Positions 60,079-64,000 of a DNA stretch of 64,000 bases are shown in pieces (positions within the stretch are counted from its first letter, which is position 1; the number at the start of each line of letters is the position of its first letter). The stretch spans positions 307 through 64,306 of the forward strand of contig JANYDT010000076.1 of the NCBI GenBank assembly GCA_025359845.1. The letters run 5' to 3'. The notes under the pieces were generated by a model. The model was given only the letters and a program-made list of their open reading frames with translations. It was not told where the DNA came from and did not search any database. The DNA comes from Acidimicrobiia bacterium (GTDB lineage: Bacteria; Actinomycetota; Acidimicrobiia; Acidimicrobiales; JANYDT01). Position numbers and translations under genes: made by a program.

Positions 60079-60689
60079 CCTCGGGACCGATCGACCGCGT
60101 CGAAGCGCGCCGGCGCGCCAACGACATCTTGAGCCAGCGCCGGTTTCGACGCGCTCGCCAGCCCGCGACCCGCTCGTCGAATCCCTCGTGGCTCGAGCGC
60201 CATATCGGACGACCCATAGGACGAATGCTGCAGCCGATCGCCCGAATCATATTCAGCGGACCGGGGTTGGTCGTGATCGGGTTGGTAGTTCTCGCGCTGG
60301 CGTTGGTGGCCGGCCGCCGACAACTGGCCCGGCGCGCCAGCCAAGCGGTCGGCATCGGCGGCCGGCGATCGGCGACCCCGATCGCCATCGACGCCCAAGC
60401 CCTCGAAGCCGAAGCGGAGGCCGCGGAGGCCTCCGGCCAGCTCGGTTTGGCCGTGCAGCTCCGGTTCCGGGCCGGACTGGTGAGACTCGACACGGCCGGG
60501 GCCATCACACTCGGCCCTGAAACAACGTCAGGACAGGTCGGGCGCATGTTGCGCAACGAACGTTACGACCGCCTCGCCCTGCGCTTCGACGCGGTGGCCT
60601 ACGGCGACGATCCGGCGACGCGCGATGACACGGTCGAGGCCCGCTCGTTGTGGCCCAACGTCCTCGAAGCAGCAGGAGCCCGCGGGTGA
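60075..60689 (+). CDS. DUF4129-like protein
   Basis: GTG 60075 overlaps the upstream stop (GTGA). The protein has one TM helix (LVVIGLVVLALALVAG). The C-terminal part is GPETTSGQVGRMLRNERYDRLALRFDAVAYGDDPATRDD...WPNVL, the pattern usual for DUF4129 in MoxR operons. Confidence 0.55.
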   Translation: MTSGPIDRVEARRRANDILSQRRFRRARQPATRSSNPSWLERHIGRPIGRMLQPIARIIFSGPGLVVIGLVVLALALVAGRRQLARRASQAVGIGGRRSATPIAIDAQALEAEAEAAEASGQLGLAVQLRFRAGLVRLDTAGAITLGPETTSGQVGRMLRNERYDRLALRFDAVAYGDDPATRDDTVEARSLWPNVLEAAGARG

Positions 60690-61903
60690 CCCCGCCGGCC
60701 CCGGGGACCCCTCCGGCCGCGACGGCGACGGCAGCCACGGCAACGGCGGACCCTCCGACGGCAACGGGGAAAGGCTGGTCGCGGCTCTCGGTCGCGTCCC
60801 GTTCGGCGATCTTGGGCCTGGTCGCGATCGTGGCGGTGGTGGCCTTCGGAAAGTTCGTTGGCCGGGCCACCGAGGCGGCTGACGATTTCGGCCCCCAGGG
60901 TTCATCGAAGTCAACCGCCGGCAACGGAACGGCCGCGCTCCGCGAGCTGCTCGGCCGCTACGGCGTCGTAACCCGCGAACAAGTGGGCGAAATTCAATTG
61001 GGCGAACTCGATCCTTCCACCACCCTCGTGGTGCTCGATCCGTTCGACATGCCCGACCATGCGGTCAGAGCCCTCAGCGTGTTCGTCGGCAACGGAGGGC
61101 GTTTGGTCGCCGGCGGCTCCAATCCGACTTGGATCGCGCGAATCGTGGGCGACCTCCCGCGCTGGGACGGCGAGACGCTGCCCCCTGCGAGGGCGATGAT
61201 TGACGACGGTCAATTCACGATCCGCGCCGACACTGGCGGCAGCTGGGTGGTGCCACCGTCGCTGTTGGTGCGCCGGACCGCGGGCGACGGTGAGGTCAGG
61301 GCCGTGGCCAACTCTTCGCCTCTCCAGAACCAACTTCTGGGCGAAGCCGACAACGCCGCTTTCGCGGTCTCGCTCATCGGCACCGATCGCACCGTCGTCT
61401 TCGCCGAGGGCGTGCACGGCTTCGGCCGCCGCACCGGTCTCGCCGCCATCCCCTCGCGCTGGAAGGCGGCGCTCCTGCTCGGCTCCCTTTCGGCCCTCCT
61501 GACGGCGTTGGCCGTGAGTCGGCGCCTAGGACCACCGGAACACATCGCCCGCCCACTTCCACCGCCCCGCGCCGCTTACGTCGATGCGATAGCGGAGGTC
61601 TTGCGCCGGTCGAAGCAACCCCGGGCGTCGTTCGCGGCGATGCAGGATGGCTTGCGGTCGCGAGTTGCTACGCAGGCTGGACTGGCGCCATGGCCGACAG
61701 ACATGGTCGCGGCTACGGATGGAACGCGCGTCGGTCGCCACCCCCCGGAGCGCCACGGCCCCGATCCGACCCAACTGGCCGCCCTCATCGAGGCGGCGCA
61801 GCGCATGGGATGGAGCGTCGACGACATCGCCGCGTTACGAGACCCAGTCACTGATGACGCAGGCGTGTTGCGACTCGGCCACGCGCTGGCGAAAACCCGA
61901 TGA
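60686..61903 (+). CDS. DUF4350-like protein
   Basis: GTG 60686 overlaps the upstream stop. The protein has an N-terminal TM helix, then GNGTAALRELLGRYGVVT...TTLVVLDPFDMPDHAVRALSVFVGNGGRLVAGG and a second TM near the C-terminus. The operon context is DUF4129 upstream and MoxR/DUF58 downstream. Confidence 0.55.
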   Translation: MTPPAPGTPPAATATAATATADPPTATGKGWSRLSVASRSAILGLVAIVAVVAFGKFVGRATEAADDFGPQGSSKSTAGNGTAALRELLGRYGVVTREQVGEIQLGELDPSTTLVVLDPFDMPDHAVRALSVFVGNGGRLVAGGSNPTWIARIVGDLPRWDGETLPPARAMIDDGQFTIRADTGGSWVVPPSLLVRRTAGDGEVRAVANSSPLQNQLLGEADNAAFAVSLIGTDRTVVFAEGVHGFGRRTGLAAIPSRWKAALLLGSLSALLTALAVSRRLGPPEHIARPLPPPRAAYVDAIAEVLRRSKQPRASFAAMQDGLRSRVATQAGLAPWPTDMVAATDGTRVGRHPPERHGPDPTQLAALIEAAQRMGWSVDDIAALRDPVTDDAGVLRLGHALAKTR

Positions 61904-61981
61904 CTCGCGCCGGCGACGACCCGACTCGCGCTGGCCACGACCCGACTCGCTCCGGCCCAGACCCGATCCGACCACGACCCC
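61903..61981 (+). repeat. Intergenic 21-bp tandem repeat (~3.7 copies)
   Basis: actcgcgccggcgacgacccg / actcgcgctggccacgacccg / actcgctccggcccagacccg / atccgaccacgacccc. The array starts at the DUF4350-like stop codon and ends at the aggaga Shine-Dalgarno-like sequence before the moxR ATG (61992). Confidence 0.8.
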
Positions 61982-61991
61982 AGGAGACCCC

Positions 61992-62921
61992 ATGAGAGAC
62001 TTGCGAAACCGGATCGCGGCCGAGGTCCGCAAGGTGGTCGTGGGCCAAGACGAAGCCATCGACATGTTGGTGATCGCGATAGGCGTGGGCGGACACGTGT
62101 TGCTCGAAGGCGTGCCCGGAACGGCCAAGACCCTTCTCGCCAACGCGTTCGCCCGCACGAGCGGTCTGTCGTTTCGGCGGGTCCAGTTCACGCCCGACAT
62201 GCTCCCGGCCGACATCACCGGCAACATCACGTTGCGCGGCGGATCACTTGAGTTCCGGCCCGGTCCTGTGTTCGCCAACGTCCTGCTGGCCGACGAGATC
62301 AACCGCACTCCGCCCAAGACACAAGCGGCGTTGCTAGAGGCGATGCAAGAGGCGCAAGTTACCGTCGACGGCGTCAGCCATCCGCTGCCCGATCCGTTCC
62401 TCGTCGTGGCGACGCAGAACCCGATCGAATACGAAGGCACCTATCCGCTGCCAGAGGCCCAGCTCGATCGGTTCCTCTTGAAAGTCGATCTCGGCTACCC
62501 CGACGAGGCCTCCGAGATTCGCCTCCTGACGCTGGCCCGCAACGGGATGCGGCCGTCAACCTTCGATGACATCGCCGGCGTGTCGAGCGCGGAGGAATTG
62601 CGCGAAACGCGCGCCGCTGTCGACGCGACATTGGTGCGGCCCGAAGTCATCGAATACGTCGCCGCACTCGTCCGAGCGACCCGAACCCTGCCGAGCGTTG
62701 CCCTCGGCGCGTCGCCACGGGCCGGGGTCGCCCTGCTCGTCGCCTCGAAGGCCAGCGCCCGAATGGCCGGCCGTGACTTCGTCACCCCCGACGATGTGGC
62801 GTGGATGGCGTTGCCGGCGTTGCGCCACCGGCTCATCCTGCGGGCCGACGCCCAACTGGAGCGGTTCCGGCCCGACGACGCAGTTCGCGCCGCCCTCGGC
62901 GCCGTTCCCGTCCCGCGGTAG
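61992..62921 (+). CDS. moxR: MoxR-family AAA+ ATPase
   Basis: MRDLRNRIAAEVRKVVVGQDEAIDMLVIAIGVGGHVLLEGVPGTAKTLLANAFA...FRRVQFTPDMLPADITG...LLADEINRTPPKTQAALLEAMQE...VVATQNPIEYEGTYPLPEAQLDRF. Confidence 0.92.
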   Translation: MRDLRNRIAAEVRKVVVGQDEAIDMLVIAIGVGGHVLLEGVPGTAKTLLANAFARTSGLSFRRVQFTPDMLPADITGNITLRGGSLEFRPGPVFANVLLADEINRTPPKTQAALLEAMQEAQVTVDGVSHPLPDPFLVVATQNPIEYEGTYPLPEAQLDRFLLKVDLGYPDEASEIRLLTLARNGMRPSTFDDIAGVSSAEELRETRAAVDATLVRPEVIEYVAALVRATRTLPSVALGASPRAGVALLVASKASARMAGRDFVTPDDVAWMALPALRHRLILRADAQLERFRPDDAVRAALGAVPVPR

Positions 62922-62930
62922 GAATTCCGA

Positions 62931-64000
62931 ATGGAGATCCTCTGGCTTGGCGTGGGCACCGCGGTGGTGCTGGCGATCTCGGGTGCGCCGTTCGCCCTCA
63001 CGCGGCGTTCGGGACTGGTGTTGTGCGGGGCCGCTGCACTCGCCCTCGGGTTCGGTGCGAAGCCGGCAATCGCGGCCGTGATCTTCGTGGCCATCGCGGT
63101 GGCCGTCGACGGATGGCTGGGCCGCCGCGCTCCCGTCATCACGCGTACGATTCCATCGTCTTTGGCCCGGGGCGTGTCGCAAACCATGTCGATCGTAGCC
63201 ACGCCGGGCGCTGGGGTCCGGGTGCGCCAACCCCGGTTGCCGGACATGCGCATCGAGCCGGTGGAAGCCGACGCCACGTTGCAAGCATCAATCACCGCGC
63301 TGCGCCGGGGCCGTCACACGGTTGCCGCGCCGGCCACGCGTGTCGTGGGTCCGCTCGGGCTGGCGGCGTGGTTCCGGCACCGCCAGGGCGACCCGTTGGA
63401 AGTAAAGGTCTACCCCGATCTTCCCGCCGCGCGACGGCTCGCCGACGCCGTCCGGACGGGGCGCTTCCGTGACCCCGGTTCGATAGTGCGCGGTCCGATG
63501 GGTCTTGGCACCGAGTTCGAATTAGTGCGCGAATACAGCGCCGATGACGACATCCGGCAAGTGAATTGGCGGGCCACCGAGCGGATGGGGCGGCCGATGA
63601 GCAACCAGTACCGGGTCGAGCAGGACCGCGACGTTCTCGTCGTAGTCGACTGCGGGCGCCTCATGAGCGCGCCGTTGCCTGGCGAACGAACCCGACTCGA
63701 CACCGCCCTCGACGTGCTGTCGACCATGGCGTATGTGGCCGACGAGGTTGGTGACCGGATCGGCGTCATCGCCTTCGATGCCACCGTGCTGCGCACCGTC
63801 GCGCCGCGGCGCCGAGGCAGCGAGGCGGTCATCGAGGCCACCTTCGACCTTGAACCGTCGCTGGCCGACAGCGATTACGAAGCGGCGTTCCAACGGGTCG
63901 GCGGTGGCAAGCGGGCCTTCGTACTGGTGCTCACCGACTTGCTCGACGAAGCCGCGGCCACGGCGCTCTTGGCCGCCATGCCGGTCCTGGCCCACCGTCA
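62931..64000 (+). CDS. DUF58 domain protein (vWA-like), truncated by the window end
   Basis: ATG 62931 lies 10 nt after the moxR stop. The frame stays open to nt 64000. The DUF58 core is GTEFELVREYSADDDIRQVNWRATERMGRPMSNQYRVEQDRDVLVVVDCGRLM. This ORF is not in the supplied ORF track because no stop lies in the window. Confidence 0.8.
   Translation, partial: MEILWLGVGTAVVLAISGAPFALTRRSGLVLCGAAALALGFGAKPAIAAVIFVAIAVAVDGWLGRRAPVITRTIPSSLARGVSQTMSIVATPGAGVRVRQPRLPDMRIEPVEADATLQASITALRRGRHTVAAPATRVVGPLGLAAWFRHRQGDPLEVKVYPDLPAARRLADAVRTGRFRDPGSIVRGPMGLGTEFELVREYSADDDIRQVNWRATERMGRPMSNQYRVEQDRDVLVVVDCGRLMSAPLPGERTRLDTALDVLSTMAYVADEVGDRIGVIAFDATVLRTVAPRRRGSEAVIEATFDLEPSLADSDYEAAFQRVGGGKRAFVLVLTDLLDEAAATALLAAMPVLAHR

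Overview
High-GC, gene-dense chromosomal segment of actinobacterial type. I found no rRNA, tRNA, CRISPR array, transposase or integrase. The backbone has four parts. (i) 2.3-20.3 kb is a cell-envelope glycopolymer block: dapC-type aminotransferase, five glycosyltransferases, a coiled-coil protein, a chain-terminator-type methyltransferase, a secreted HEXXH protein, an LCP ligase and murA, interrupted at 9.9-11.6 kb by a plus-strand molybdopterin oxidoreductase. (ii) 20.3-22.2 kb holds the F420 genes cofD and cofE. (iii) 39.4-45.0 kb is a manB-like / wbbL / rmlD / SDR / rmlA rhamnose block. (iv) 59-64 kb is a membrane protein / DUF4129 / DUF4350 / MoxR / DUF58 operon. Two accessory inserts interrupt this backbone. 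Insert 1 (22.2-39.4 kb) carries an adenylate cyclase-STAND-TPR protein and a divergent, tightly coupled 4-gene operon: GMC oxidoreductase, Cys-nucleophile alpha/beta hydrolase, a 1091-aa metallophosphoesterase-4TM-SLOG-like protein, and a TIR-TM-NHL receptor-like protein. It also carries a dodecin, a photoactive-yellow-protein (PYP) homologue overlapping a PAS-GAF-PP2C phosphatase, Phd/VapC, and two head-to-head Uma2 nucleases. Insert 2 (45-59 kb) carries a translationally coupled ABC-type ATPase / PIN-like / RNA ligase / HEPN-DUF499 operon, MazF modules bracketed by ~175-bp direct repeats, an orphan ATPase, decayed SNF2 helicase and methyltransferase remnants, secreted proteins and an ECF sigma/anti-sigma pair. 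The best candidates for undescribed systems are the TIR-NHL plus metallophosphoesterase-SLOG-like pair and the ATPase-PIN-ligase-HEPN operon. The PYP-phosphatase pair is a third notable item. All calls come from reading the translations and motifs. No database search was run.
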